This document shows positions 34,767 to 44,765 of a DNA stretch of 64,000 nucleotides, one piece after another. Each line of letters opens with the position of its first letter. The first letter of the stretch is position 1. Position numbers and translations under genes: made by a program. Under the pieces are notes generated by a model. It made no database searches. It worked only from the letters and a program-made list of their open reading frames with translations, and was not told where the DNA came from. This DNA is from an uncultured Gemmatimonadales bacterium (lineage in GTDB: Bacteria; Gemmatimonadota; Gemmatimonadetes; Gemmatimonadales; GWC2-71-9), in NCBI GenBank assembly GCA_963842945.1, contig CAWJIM010000003.1:32001-96000 (forward strand), in the 5' to 3' direction.

Positions 34767-35735
34767 TCAGGGAGAGCTGGATGTGCCCATGAGCTCGAGC
34801 AGGATGGCCCGCTCGGCATGAAGTCGGTTCTCCGCCTGCTCGACCACCACCGCATTGGCGCTCTCCAGAACCTTGTCGTCGATCTCCACATCCCTCAAAT
34901 AGGGGAAGGCGTGCATCACGATCCCCTTGCCACCCCGGGTGGAGCGGAGCCGCGACGGGGTGAGCCGCCAATCTCGCAGGCCTGAGCGCGTCTCCTGCTC
35001 CTGCTCCGTTTTTCCGAACAGCTTGACCGATCCCCATGACGCCACGTAGACCGCGTCGGCGCCGACCAGCGCGTCGTCCGGATCATCGCTGATATGAACG
35101 AACTCGCCGCCCTTTTCCTGTGCTGTCTTGCGGATCAGGGCGGTGTCTTCGGGATCGAGCTCGTAACCCTCCGGTCTCGCGATCACGATCTCCATGCCGA
35201 GACCGGCTGCCGCCAGTGCTGCACTTGCCGGCACGGCCGTAGGCAGCGCTCGAGGGTGCCAAGCCCAGGTGAGCACGAACCGTTTTCCCTCCACCCGGCC
35301 AAGCCGCTCCTGCAGGGTCAGGCTGTCGCCCAGCGCCTGACAGGGATCTCTGCGGGCGGAACCGACGTTGATCACCGGCTTGGGACAATGGCGGGCGAAG
35401 CTATTGAGCAGAGAGTCTTCCCGAGCCGCAGCCCAGCTTCCGCTGGTTTCGAAGGCACGCACGGCAACAGCGTCGGTCATCCGTCCCAGCACCCGGGCGG
35501 TGTCGACGATCTGCTGCTCGGCCTCAGCCTCCACGGCCTGCCCGCCGTGAAGCGACATCGCCGTTTCCAGACTGAGCCTGATGTGGGAGTCAGGCTGGAG
35601 GAGGACCAATCCCAGGATCCTACGCTCCAGGCCACCGGAGAGCTCGCCCTGTTTGATTCGTCGGGCGAGTTTCAGCACCGTCTCAACGTCAGCGGGAGAC
35701 CAATCCTCCAGGGCCAGGAGATCACGCTTGGTCAC
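34767..35735 (-). CDS. N-acetylornithine carbamoyltransferase-like protein with degenerate active-site motifs
   Basis: AOTCase-type TWAWHPRALPTAV, AVRAF and QAENRLH are present, but SxRT, HPxQ and HCLP are replaced. Confidence 0.8.
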   Translation of the reverse strand: MTKRDLLALEDWSPADVETVLKLARRIKQGELSGGLERRILGLVLLQPDSHIRLSLETAMSLHGGQAVEAEAEQQIVDTARVLGRMTDAVAVRAFETSGSWAAAREDSLLNSFARHCPKPVINVGSARRDPCQALGDSLTLQERLGRVEGKRFVLTWAWHPRALPTAVPASAALAAAGLGMEIVIARPEGYELDPEDTALIRKTAQEKGGEFVHISDDPDDALVGADAVYVASWGSVKLFGKTEQEQETRSGLRDWRLTPSRLRSTRGGKGIVMHAFPYLRDVEIDDKVLESANAVVVEQAENRLHAERAILLELMGTSSSP

Positions 35736-35884
35736 GGAACCTTCGGAGAGCTATTGGGAGCGAACGCGGCCGGCCGGGCCGGCGGAGTGAACCAGGGGAG
35801 CGGCCGCCAGAAGAGTGAGGGCCGGGACGCGCGAGCGTCGTCCGCCCGGGGCCAGAGTCCTCACTGCTCCAGGACGAGATGCAA

Positions 35885-36238
35885 TCAGGTTTGCGACTGG
35901 TTGCCCGCTGCGGTCGTTTCGACGATAGCGGGGCCTCCATTGCTGGTGTCAAGGTCGTGGATGTACAACGCGGCACCAAAGCCGGTGCCGGTCTCACGTA
36001 CTACCCCTCGCGCCAGGTTCAACGCCTCGCCCAGGCTAGGCGAGAAGGCAAACTCGAGCGCGGATGGCGCCCGTTGGCCGTCTCTCGTCTCCGGGAGGTA
36101 GGCGGTAAGAAAGCGATCGACGATGACAGGATGAACTTCTCGGTTTGCTGGGTGGGGAAGGCCGTGGCGACGTTCGATCTCGAACAGGAGGCGCTCCGCC
36201 ACGAAAAGGCGCTCCTGTTCAATCGCTGCAGGAAGCAT
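35885..36238 (-). CDS. Hypothetical protein
   Basis: About 117 aa ORF co-oriented with its neighbours; no recognisable motif. Confidence 0.45.
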   Translation of the reverse strand: MLPAAIEQERLFVAERLLFEIERRHGLPHPANREVHPVIVDRFLTAYLPETRDGQRAPSALEFAFSPSLGEALNLARGVVRETGTGFGAALYIHDLDTSNGGPAIVETTAAGNQSQT

Positions 36239-36333
36239 CACATAGTTCCTCACGGGAGTTACCGGCGACCTTGGCGTATGGCCGGCAAGTGGTGGGATCG
36301 GGCGACGCCAGACGCCCATCGGACCTCCATAGC

Positions 36334-36969
36334 TTAACTCGCCATGGTGACCGCCGCCATCCATCGCTCGCCTACCTCGAGGTCCTCCCGGGTCAGGCTG
36401 TGGCCGCCGACGGTCCAGTGCAGGGTAACCTCAGCCCCGGCCTGCGTCAGCAGGTCGGCGAGCGCCTGGCTTTGATCCGGCCGCACGATAGGGTCGAGGC
36501 GCCCGGCAGCTATGAGAACCCGCGTCTGTGATAGTTGCGGCAGCGGCTCGGGCACTAAGGGCACCATGGAGCGGAGCAGAAACCCGCCGCTCAGAGTGCC
36601 GGGGTGAAGCAGCAGCAGGGCGGCTGCGATGTTGGCCCCGTTGGAAAAACCCACCGCAATGGGCGGAACGTCGCCCAGCTGATAGCGAGTGCGAGCCTGG
36701 CTGACGAAGCGGGACAACTGCCCCGCACGAAGCTTGATGTCTTCGACGTCGAAAAGTCCCTCGGCGTAGCGCCGAAAGAACCTGGGCATCCCGTTCTCCA
36801 GAACCTGACCCCGCGGGCTCAGGAGCGGAGACCCCGGCGCCAGAGCCCGGCCCAGCGAGAGCAGGTCGTCCTCGTTTCCTCCCGTGCCGTGCAGCAGCAG
36901 CAGAGGCACGGCACCAGGGCGCTGGCCGGGCACGAACCGGTGCACGAAATCGAGCTCAGTGGTCGTCAG
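36334..36969 (-). CDS. Alpha/beta hydrolase (MhqD-like phospholipase/carboxylesterase)
   Basis: LLLLHGTGGNEDDL, LSPRG.V.ENGMPRFFRR, GFSNGA, GGHSLT; the start is ambiguous because of an indel at the junction. Confidence 0.88.
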   Translation of the reverse strand: MTTTELDFVHRFVPGQRPGAVPLLLLHGTGGNEDDLLSLGRALAPGSPLLSPRGQVLENGMPRFFRRYAEGLFDVEDIKLRAGQLSRFVSQARTRYQLGDVPPIAVGFSNGANIAAALLLLHPGTLSGGFLLRSMVPLVPEPLPQLSQTRVLIAAGRLDPIVRPDQSQALADLLTQAGAEVTLHWTVGGHSLTREDLEVGERWMAAVTMAS

Positions 36970-37917
36970 CTTCCCTGCCCCGCAACGACAGGGGACAACC
37001 GAAGCGGCCGGCAGCGCCCGCTCGATCTGCTCCCGGTACGCCTCGTATATCGGAGGCAGCTTCAGCTGAGACCCCAGCTCGGCCGGGGTTTCGTCGATAG
37101 TGAATCCGGGCCCGTCGGTGGCGATCTCGAAGAGAACCCCACCCGGCTCCTTGAAGTACACCGAGTGGAAGTACTGCCGGTCCACCACCGGAGTAATGCC
37201 GAGACCGCGGGCTTCTATCGCCGAGCGCTGCTCCAGCTGATTCGCCTCGCTGGCGGCTCGAAACGCCATGTGGTGAACCGTCCCCACCCCTCCGGCGCCG
37301 CGCCAGAAACCGGTTGCGCGTCTCAGGTTGACCACCAATCCCGATCCGCTCGCGTCGGCTTGAAAACGTAGCAGCCCCTTGTCCTCGCCATTGGGTTGGA
37401 AGCCCAACATCTCGGCCAACAGTTTTCCAGTGCCCTGGTCACCATCCTCCCAGATGGTTGCTCCGTGCAGGCCCCGGACGGCGTGCTCGGGGCTGACGGG
37501 GCCTTCGTTCCAGGGCTGCTCGCCGGTGGAGGCGTCACCCGCAACCAGCTCCAGCAGGAGACCGTCGGGATCGGTGAGACTCAGAACCTGGTCGTCGAAA
37601 CGGCGGCTGGGACCCTCGTACTGGATGCCCTGAGACAGAAGACGCTCGACCCAGAAGCCCAGCGACCCCGCTGGAATAGCCAGCGCCACGGTGGCAATCT
37701 GGCCGCTGCCCTGCCGGCCCCGGTGCGCTCCAGGCCAGGGAAAGAACGTGAGCAGAGAGCCGGGACGTCCAATCTCGTCGCCGTAGTAGAAGTGGTAGCT
37801 GCCGGGGTCGTCGAAGTTCACGGTGAGCTTTACCAGCCGGAGCCCGAGAACGCCAGCGTAGAAGTCCAGATTCCGCTGCGGGTCGCCGGCAATCGCAGTG
37901 ATGTGATGGATCGCCAC
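36966..37917 (-). CDS. Ring-cleaving dioxygenase, VOC/glyoxalase family (MhqO-like)
   Basis: IHHITAI..DFYAGVLGLRLVKLTVNFDDPGSYHFYYGD, GTVHHMAFR, DRQYFHSVYFKEPGGVLFEIATDGPGF. Confidence 0.92.
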
Positions 37918-37930
37918 AGTAAGTCCCTCG

Positions 37931-38977
37931 CTACTTGGGTAAGGCGGGCCCGGCGCCGGCGCCGCTACGGCCGATGGCCCGGGCAATTTCGTCCAGATCT
38001 TCCAGGGCGAGCTCCAGGGTCGCGGCGCCAATCCACCCGTCCACCTGCTCTGGGGATCGGGCGCCGACGATGGCGCCGGTGACGCCGGGCCAGGCGAGAA
38101 TCCAGGCAATCGCCACAGAGCTTACCGTCGTTCCATGGCGCTCCGCTACGGGCCGAAGCGCATCACGCAGGGCAAGGTTCCGCCCCAGCCGCGGCGGCTT
38201 GAAATCGGGTGATCGCCGGCGCCAGTCATCTTCCGCCATGCTTTCGACTCGCTCCTCGGAAAACCGATCGGTGAGCAGGCCCGACTGCAGTGGACTGTAT
38301 CCTATAACTCCGGTCTTGTGGGCCGCGCACCAGGGAATCTCGGATTCTGCCACCTGCCGGCGAATGAGCGACAGAGGCGGTTGCAGCGAATCGACGTGCC
38401 GGAGGGCCTCGCAGCGCTCCAACAACGCCACATCGAAATTGGAGACTCCCGCCGCCCTGACCTTCCCCTCCTCTACCAGGCGGGTCATCGCTTCCCACGA
38501 GTCTTCAATCGAAGTCCCGGTCTGGTCGGGCCAGTGAAACTGATACAGATCGATCCGCTCCACGCCCAGGCGACGCAGTGAAGCCTCGCATTCACGCCGG
38601 ATCGATGCCGGCTCCAGAACCTGGCGCGGAGAAGCATCGGGCCTCCGCTCGTCCCACACCATGCCGCATTTCGTGAAGACGTACGGCCGGTCGTTCGAGG
38701 GAATGCCCTCGAGGGCCTGCCGCACCACTTCTTCCGAATGGCCCAGGCCGTATACGGCAGCAGTATCGATCCAGTTCACCCCCAGGTCCAACGCGTGGCG
38801 AATGCCGGCAATGGACTGGGCGTCATCCTGCGGTCCCCAGCCAAAGGCCCAACCGCCACCGCCAACCGCCCACGCGCCAAACCCCACCGGGGTCAGTCGA
38901 AGCTCGGTGCTGCCCAATCGCCGAGTCGGCAGAGTCGCTATCATCAGTCCCATCCCATGCTCGGGCCGATCGTTCAC
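37931..38977 (-). CDS. Aldo/keto reductase
   Basis: GFGAWAVGG, IDTAAVYGLGHSEE, SLRRLGVERIDLYQFHWP, GVSNF, YSPLQSGLL; the true start may be slightly downstream. Confidence 0.93.
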   Translation of the reverse strand: MNDRPEHGMGLMIATLPTRRLGSTELRLTPVGFGAWAVGGGGWAFGWGPQDDAQSIAGIRHALDLGVNWIDTAAVYGLGHSEEVVRQALEGIPSNDRPYVFTKCGMVWDERRPDASPRQVLEPASIRRECEASLRRLGVERIDLYQFHWPDQTGTSIEDSWEAMTRLVEEGKVRAAGVSNFDVALLERCEALRHVDSLQPPLSLIRRQVAESEIPWCAAHKTGVIGYSPLQSGLLTDRFSEERVESMAEDDWRRRSPDFKPPRLGRNLALRDALRPVAERHGTTVSSVAIAWILAWPGVTGAIVGARSPEQVDGWIGAATLELALEDLDEIARAIGRSGAGAGPALPK

Positions 38978-38994
38978 CCACGGACCGTCACGCT

Positions 38995-40359
38995 ATGCCG
39001 GAAGCTACACCAAAGGAACCGAGGCCGCCGGGCACCGCATCATCAGCCGGCTACACCCCCACGCTCGGCCTGTTCTCCGCCACCATGATGGTGGTGGGCG
39101 GAATCATCGGCTCCGGAATTTTTCTGAACCCGGCCATCGTTGCCGCCCGGGTTGGGACCACCGCGCTGACCCTGCTGGCCTGGGTCATAGGCGGTGTGGT
39201 CGCCCTCATCGGTGCACTGGTTTATGCGGAGCTCGGCGCCTGGCGGCCGGTAGCCGGCGGGGGATATGTCTACCTGCGAGACGCTTATGGCCCGCTCCCC
39301 GCCTTCCTGTACGCCTGGACTCTGCTGCTGGTGATCGCCACGGGGGCGATCGCGGCGGTGGCCGTGACCTTTGCGAATTACGCGACTGCTTTGCTGGGCT
39401 GGAATGCCGAAGCGAGGATACCTCTGGCCGTCGCGGCCATCGTCCTACTGTCGGGAGTGAATTACGTAGGAGTCAGGCCTGGCGCGCTGACGCAGAACGT
39501 GCTCACCGTGCTCAAGCTCGCGGCGCTGGTACTGCTGATCGTGGCCGGTCTCACCGCAACCGGCGCCGCGGTAGGAGCCAACCCGCAGCCGGTAATACAG
39601 TCGAGGAATACCGTGCTGTTGCTGGGAGCGGCCCTGGTTCCAGTGTTGTTCGCCTTTGGAGGCTGGCAACAGACCAACTTCATCGCGGAAGAGCTGATCG
39701 AGCCGAAACGGAATCTGCCACGGGCCTTGATCGCGGGCGTAAGCATCGTGGTCGCAGTGTATCTGCTGGCGAACCTGGCTTATCTCCGAACTCTGGGCAT
39801 CGCAGGTCTGGCCCAGAGTAGCGCGCCGGCAGCCGATGCGATGACCGCCCGGTTCGGCTCGCTCGGCGGGACCCTCATCGCCGCCGGCATCGCAATCTCC
39901 AGCTTCGGCTTTCTCAACCTGGTCATTCTGGTGTCGCCCCGAGTCTACCGAGCCATGGCGAGCGACGGACTGTTCTTCCCCAGCCTGGCGCATCTCCATC
40001 CCCAATACCGCACACCAGGCGCGGCCATCCTCTTCCAGGGGGTCTGGGCCATTCTCCTGACCCTGACCGGCCGGTACGGCGACCTGCTCGATTATGTGGT
40101 CTTTGGTGACTGGATTTTCTTTGGCTCGACCGCGGCGACGCTCTTTGTTTTTCGAGCCCGGGCCCGAAACGGGATGGAGCCCAAGGAGATCCGATTCAGG
40201 ATGCCGGGCTACCCCGTAGCACCTGTGGTCTTCGTCCTCGCCGCGGCTTATGTCGTGGTCGGCTCGGTCGCCTCGAACCCGGCGAATGCGGTGCGAGGAG
40301 CTACGCTCATCGCCCTGGGGATTCCGGTATATCTGTTCTGGAAGGGAAAGGCCCGCTAG
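38995..40359 (+). CDS. APC family amino acid permease
   Basis: GGIIGSGIF, YAELG..P.AGGGYVY, FAFGGW, HPQYRTP; about 12 TM segments. Confidence 0.93.
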   Translation: MPEATPKEPRPPGTASSAGYTPTLGLFSATMMVVGGIIGSGIFLNPAIVAARVGTTALTLLAWVIGGVVALIGALVYAELGAWRPVAGGGYVYLRDAYGPLPAFLYAWTLLLVIATGAIAAVAVTFANYATALLGWNAEARIPLAVAAIVLLSGVNYVGVRPGALTQNVLTVLKLAALVLLIVAGLTATGAAVGANPQPVIQSRNTVLLLGAALVPVLFAFGGWQQTNFIAEELIEPKRNLPRALIAGVSIVVAVYLLANLAYLRTLGIAGLAQSSAPAADAMTARFGSLGGTLIAAGIAISSFGFLNLVILVSPRVYRAMASDGLFFPSLAHLHPQYRTPGAAILFQGVWAILLTLTGRYGDLLDYVVFGDWIFFGSTAATLFVFRARARNGMEPKEIRFRMPGYPVAPVVFVLAAAYVVVGSVASNPANAVRGATLIALGIPVYLFWKGKAR

Positions 40360-41377
40360 AGGCGGCGATCTCTTCGGCGGCTTCGTCGTCATCGAGGTAC
40401 TCCGCCCGGTACATCCGGATGAGCTCGAAGAAGTAGGAGATCGCCAGGGGTCCGATGATCAGCCCCAGCAGGCCGAAGTACTGGATGCCGGCAAAAGCGC
40501 CGATGATGGTGATGAACGGGTGGATCCGGGCCCAGCGCTGGAACACCATGGGCCGGATGACATTGTCGACATTCCCCACCACCAGAACGCCCCAAAGCGC
40601 AAGGGCAATAGCCCGGCCATAGCTCCCCTCCAGTGCCAGCGCGAGGACCCCAGGGCCCCATACCAGTCCGCTTCCAACCACCGGGAGAATCGCAAGCACC
40701 ACCGTGACCACCGCCCAGAACAAGGCATTGGGAATGCCGGCGGCCCAGAAGGCGAGCCCCACCAGAACCCCCTGTACCGTAGCGGTCAGCCCGGTCCCGA
40801 TCAGCGTCGATATGGTTACGTCGCGAAAGCGGTCCCGCAGGATCTCGGTGTTCCTCCGGGAGAACGGTATGAACGGCTGGACCTGCTTCCAGGCGGTGTG
40901 GGGTTCCAGCAGGAGATAGTACAGGCCGAAAAACGTGATGGTCAGCTGGATCCCCAGCCGGGTTGCGGTGCCGACCAGGCCGAGCGCGCTGGTGCCGATG
41001 AAGGACACCAGCCGTGACCCCAGGGTCTCGATCTGGGCTCCTACGTCGTACGGCCCGATCCGGAGCTCCCGAATCCGGGCCACCAGTGGACTGCGGATGA
41101 CGCCCGATGCCATGTCTTGCGCTTCGCCGGCGATGATTCCGAGGAATGAAAGCCCCGGCCCCAGCACCAGAATCACTCCGAGTAGTACCACCAGCGCCGC
41201 CGCGATCCGGGGTCTGGTCCGCAGGGCCAGCCAGCGATGTACTGGAGCGAACACCACATACAGCACTGGCGCGCCGAGTAGCCCGGTGATGAACGGCCAC
41301 AGGGTCCAGACCAGCCCCAATCCCAGGACGAAGATCAGGAGCGCAGCCCGCTCGCGCTTGCTGTCCAGAAACGCCAT
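40307..41377 (-). CDS. AI-2E family transporter (true stop may be near 40356)
   Basis: Start MAFLDSKRER at 41377; LPVVGSGLVW, VDNVIRP, FGLLGLIIGP. Confidence 0.88.
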   Translation of the reverse strand: MAFLDSKRERAALLIFVLGLGLVWTLWPFITGLLGAPVLYVVFAPVHRWLALRTRPRIAAALVVLLGVILVLGPGLSFLGIIAGEAQDMASGVIRSPLVARIRELRIGPYDVGAQIETLGSRLVSFIGTSALGLVGTATRLGIQLTITFFGLYYLLLEPHTAWKQVQPFIPFSRRNTEILRDRFRDVTISTLIGTGLTATVQGVLVGLAFWAAGIPNALFWAVVTVVLAILPVVGSGLVWGPGVLALALEGSYGRAIALALWGVLVVGNVDNVIRPMVFQRWARIHPFITIIGAFAGIQYFGLLGLIIGPLAISYFFELIRMYRAEYLDDDEAAEEIAASSGPFPSRTDIPESPGR

Positions 41378-41459
41378 CGCGGAAGAGTAGGGACACGGGG
41401 TACCCTCCGCCAGCAGGGCCATAGGCGATTTTGCGGTCCTCGACCGGGCTCCGCCCGAA

Positions 41460-44198
41460 GTGTATCTTCGAACTTGCGGACTCAACCCTGCAGGACTCGT
41501 GGTCTCGATCATCCAGCTACTTAACCGACCTTCCCTGATCAGCGCCGTGGCCCTGGCCGCGGTGGTGGTCCTACTGTTCTTGCTCTGGCGTGAGGCCCGC
41601 AAGCGGCGGCGGGCCCAGCGTTTGAGTGACGAGCTGCGGAGTCAGCTGCAGACGGTGACCGCCACCATGCGGGAAGGGGTGATTGCCTACGACATGGACC
41701 GGAAGCTTCGGTTCGTGAACCCCGCCTTCGAGCGGCTCGCCGGATATTCGGATGAAGAGCTGAGGGACCAGGAGTTCCTCCAGTACATCCACCCCGAGGA
41801 CCGCTCCGCCATCATCGCGGAATGGGATCGGCTGTCCCAGGGTGGAGCGCTGAGAGACCAGGAGTACCGAGTGGTGACCCGGACCGGGCAAATTCGCTGG
41901 TGCGCCAGTAGCTGGGAGCCGATGCGAGACGAGACCGGGCGCCAGATCGGATACCTCGGCACCGAATTCGATATCACCGAGCGGAAGGTGGCGGAGGAGG
42001 AGATGCGACTCGACACCGAGCTGTTCCAGGCGGTGCTCGAGGTCGAGCAGGCAGTCACCGCGGCGGGACTCAATTCCGAGACGGTGATGCGAGTGATCGC
42101 GGAGCGCAGCAAGACGCTCACCGGCGCGAGCGGCGCGGTAATCGAGGCGGTGGAAGGTGACGAGGTGGTGCCGATGCTGCACATCGGCACCGAGGCGCCC
42201 AGGCTCAAGCTGAAGGGGAGCCTGTCCGGGCTGGGTGTTCAAACCGGCGAGCTGCAGCGCAGTGACGACACCTATAATGATCCCCGAATTCAGCACCAGG
42301 CCTATCGGGATCTTCGGATTCGCTCGCTGCTCGTGGTTCCGCTGCGGGATGAACAACGCATTCTCGGGCTTCTGAAGGTCGTTTCACCCGAGCCCAATGC
42401 CTTCAACGATCGCGACGCCAAGGCGCTGCGTTTGCTGGGGGGGTTGATGGGAGCGGCGCTGGGACACGCCGAGGCCTACGAGGGAAGGCGGACCCGGTTG
42501 GAGGAGCGCACCCGCGCCTTGCAAGAGAGCGAGCAGAGGTTCAAGCAGCTGATCGACGTGGCCCAGGAAGGGATTTGGGTCGCCGATGACCGCGGTATCC
42601 TCACCTATGTCAATCAGCGGATGGCCGACCTCCTGGGCTACTCCAACGGCAGCATGCTGGGCCGGCAGGTCTACGATTTCATCGAAGCCGATTCTCGCTC
42701 CGGTGCCAAGCATACGCTAAGCCGACGGGGAGCTCGTCCCGGGACCAGTCAGGACCTGAGGTTCCTCAAGCGCGACGGCACCCAGCTCTGGGGACTGGTG
42801 TCATCCAGCCCGATCCTGGGCAAGGACGGGGCCCTGGTGGGTACTGTCGGCATGGTCACCGACATCACGGAACGGAAGCGCGCGGAGGAGCAGCTCCGCC
42901 GGACAGCAGATCGTCTGGCCATGCTGCACGACATGGATCAGGCGATCGTATCGGCGCAGTCTCTTCCCGAGATCGGCCGAGCCGCGCTGGGCCGGATGCG
43001 CCGGATGATTCCCTGCCAGCAGTGCCTGGTCGCCCTATTCGACTTTCCCAGCAGAGAAGCTCAGATGATCGCCGGATTCTCGGCCGGCTCCCAGCTCCAG
43101 CCAGCTCCGGTGCCGCTGGCTGATTTCGCCTCGAGCGATACCCTGCGCAGCGGATCAGTTCGCTATGTGGAAGACCTCTCGACGGTGAACGACAATCCTC
43201 CGTTCCACCGCCAGCTCCTGGCCGGCGGCATGCGGTCTGTGCTCTCGGTCCCGCTGCTGGTCGAAGGGGAGGCTATAGGCGAGATCACCATGGCGTCGGG
43301 TACCCCGGGCGCGTTTAACGCGGAGCACCGCGACATCGCGCTGGAGGTGGCTGCCCCGCTGGCCATCGCCATCCGGCACGCCAGCCTGCGAGACGAGTTG
43401 GCGCGGCAAACCGGAGAGCTGGAGCGGAGAGTAGCCGAACGGAGCGCCGCGGTTCGCGCGGCGACAGCGGAGCTGGAGACCGTGCTCTACTCGGTCTCGC
43501 ACGATCTGCGAGGGCCGCTCCGCCAGCTGCTGGGCTTCTCGAAGCTGCTGATCGAGGAGTCCGCCCCGGAGCTGGAACCGTCGGCGTTGCACTACGCCCA
43601 ACGAATCCATCAGGCCGCGAATAGCATGTCGAGCCTGGTGGACGATCTGGTCAATGTTTCCCGAATCGGCCGCCAGGATCTGCTTCGCCGACAGGTCAAC
43701 TTGACTCCGCTGGTCGAGGACGTGGTCGGACAGCTTCGGGCCCAGACCAACGGCAGGGTCATCGAGTGGCAGATCGAGGAGTTGCCGAGTGTGGAGGGTG
43801 ACAGCGGCCTGATCAAGCTGGCGCTGAACAACCTGCTCTCCAATGCCGTCAAGTTCACCCGGCCCCGACAGAAGGCCGTCATCCGAATCAGACCGGTCGA
43901 GTTCGACGGCCAGGTGGGCTTGGCCATCGAGGACAATGGAGTGGGGTTCAAGATGGCGTACGCCGGGAAACTATTCGGGATGTTTCAGCGGCTTCATCGA
44001 GCGGATGAGTTTGAGGGCAACGGAGCGGGCCTGGCCCTGGTGCAGCGCATCGCCCATAAGCACGGCGGTCGAGTCTGGGCCGAGGCGGAGCCCGAGCGCG
44101 GAGCGACATTTTATTTGACGCTCGGCAGCGGGGCCGTGGGGCAGCGAGGCGGGGAAAATTTAGAGGAGCTTCGGCCTGACTCTCATTCCGGCTCATGA
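41460..44198 (+). CDS. Sensor histidine kinase TM-PAS-GAF-PAS-GAF-HisKA-HATPase (Cph1-like transmitter)
   Basis: YSVSHDLRGPL, NLLSNAVKFT, DNGVGF, LFGMFQRLH..EFEGNGAGLA. Confidence 0.93.
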   Translation: MYLRTCGLNPAGLVVSIIQLLNRPSLISAVALAAVVVLLFLLWREARKRRRAQRLSDELRSQLQTVTATMREGVIAYDMDRKLRFVNPAFERLAGYSDEELRDQEFLQYIHPEDRSAIIAEWDRLSQGGALRDQEYRVVTRTGQIRWCASSWEPMRDETGRQIGYLGTEFDITERKVAEEEMRLDTELFQAVLEVEQAVTAAGLNSETVMRVIAERSKTLTGASGAVIEAVEGDEVVPMLHIGTEAPRLKLKGSLSGLGVQTGELQRSDDTYNDPRIQHQAYRDLRIRSLLVVPLRDEQRILGLLKVVSPEPNAFNDRDAKALRLLGGLMGAALGHAEAYEGRRTRLEERTRALQESEQRFKQLIDVAQEGIWVADDRGILTYVNQRMADLLGYSNGSMLGRQVYDFIEADSRSGAKHTLSRRGARPGTSQDLRFLKRDGTQLWGLVSSSPILGKDGALVGTVGMVTDITERKRAEEQLRRTADRLAMLHDMDQAIVSAQSLPEIGRAALGRMRRMIPCQQCLVALFDFPSREAQMIAGFSAGSQLQPAPVPLADFASSDTLRSGSVRYVEDLSTVNDNPPFHRQLLAGGMRSVLSVPLLVEGEAIGEITMASGTPGAFNAEHRDIALEVAAPLAIAIRHASLRDELARQTGELERRVAERSAAVRAATAELETVLYSVSHDLRGPLRQLLGFSKLLIEESAPELEPSALHYAQRIHQAANSMSSLVDDLVNVSRIGRQDLLRRQVNLTPLVEDVVGQLRAQTNGRVIEWQIEELPSVEGDSGLIKLALNNLLSNAVKFTRPRQKAVIRIRPVEFDGQVGLAIEDNGVGFKMAYAGKLFGMFQRLHRADEFEGNGAGLALVQRIAHKHGGRVWAEAEPERGATFYLTLGSGAVGQRGGENLEELRPDSHSGS

Positions 44199-44232
44199 CT
44201 GCCCCGCTGCCCCGCCGCCCCGCTGCCCCGCT
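44124..44232. repeat. Inverted octamer tandem arrays (GGCAGCGG / CTGCCCCG)
   Basis: About 3-4 G-rich units at 44124-44155 and four CYGCCCCG units at 44199-44230. Confidence 0.7.
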
Positions 44233-44683
44233 TACAGCCGACATTCTGGTCGTCGAAGACAGCCCGCTCGAGGTGGAGCTCACCGTGCTTCCCCTGCGGG
44301 AGCTGGAGAGTGCTGCGGAAATCGCGGTGGCCCGTGACGGCGAAGAAGCGCTCGACTTCCTTTTCGGCCGAGGCGGGTACCGCAGCCGCAGTGGCGCGGC
44401 GCCTCCCCGACTGATCCTGCTCAGTCTGAAGCTGCCCAAGCTGGACGGTCTGGAAGTGCTGCGAGCCATTCGCACCAACAGCCGGACCAGCACGGCTCCA
44501 GTCGTTGTCCTGACCTCAGCGGACGATCCCCGCGAGCTGGCCCAGTGTTATCAGCTTGGCGCCAACAGCTGCGTCCAGAAGCCGGTCCACTTCGAGGACC
44601 TGCGCTCAGTGCTCCAGGCCATCGCCCGGTATTGGCTGGGGCTGAATCAGTCGCCTCCCGGACCCGCTTTGCCCCTGGTGTAA
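44195..44683 (+). CDS. Single-domain response regulator (Rcp-like) with Ser at the phospho-Asp position
   Basis: ILVVEDS, RDGEEALDFL, LILLSLKLPKLDG, VVVLTS, CVQKP. Confidence 0.9.
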   Translation: MTAPLPRRPAAPLTADILVVEDSPLEVELTVLPLRELESAAEIAVARDGEEALDFLFGRGGYRSRSGAAPPRLILLSLKLPKLDGLEVLRAIRTNSRTSTAPVVVLTSADDPRELAQCYQLGANSCVQKPVHFEDLRSVLQAIARYWLGLNQSPPGPALPLV

Positions 44684-44765
44684 CCCGCCTGCAACTTTCG
44701 AGAGAGTTCCGGCGTCTGTTCACACGACCCGCCTTTCAACCGTTGCCTTGCTTTGAGGAATTTTC

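Noticed and set aside
36334..38109. 591-aa dioxygenase-esterase fusion in the ORF track
   Set aside because: The junction reads as an indel artefact: an alternative frame gives a normal LPPLRL..* end near 36966. MhqO-like and MhqD-like genes are normally separate neighbours.
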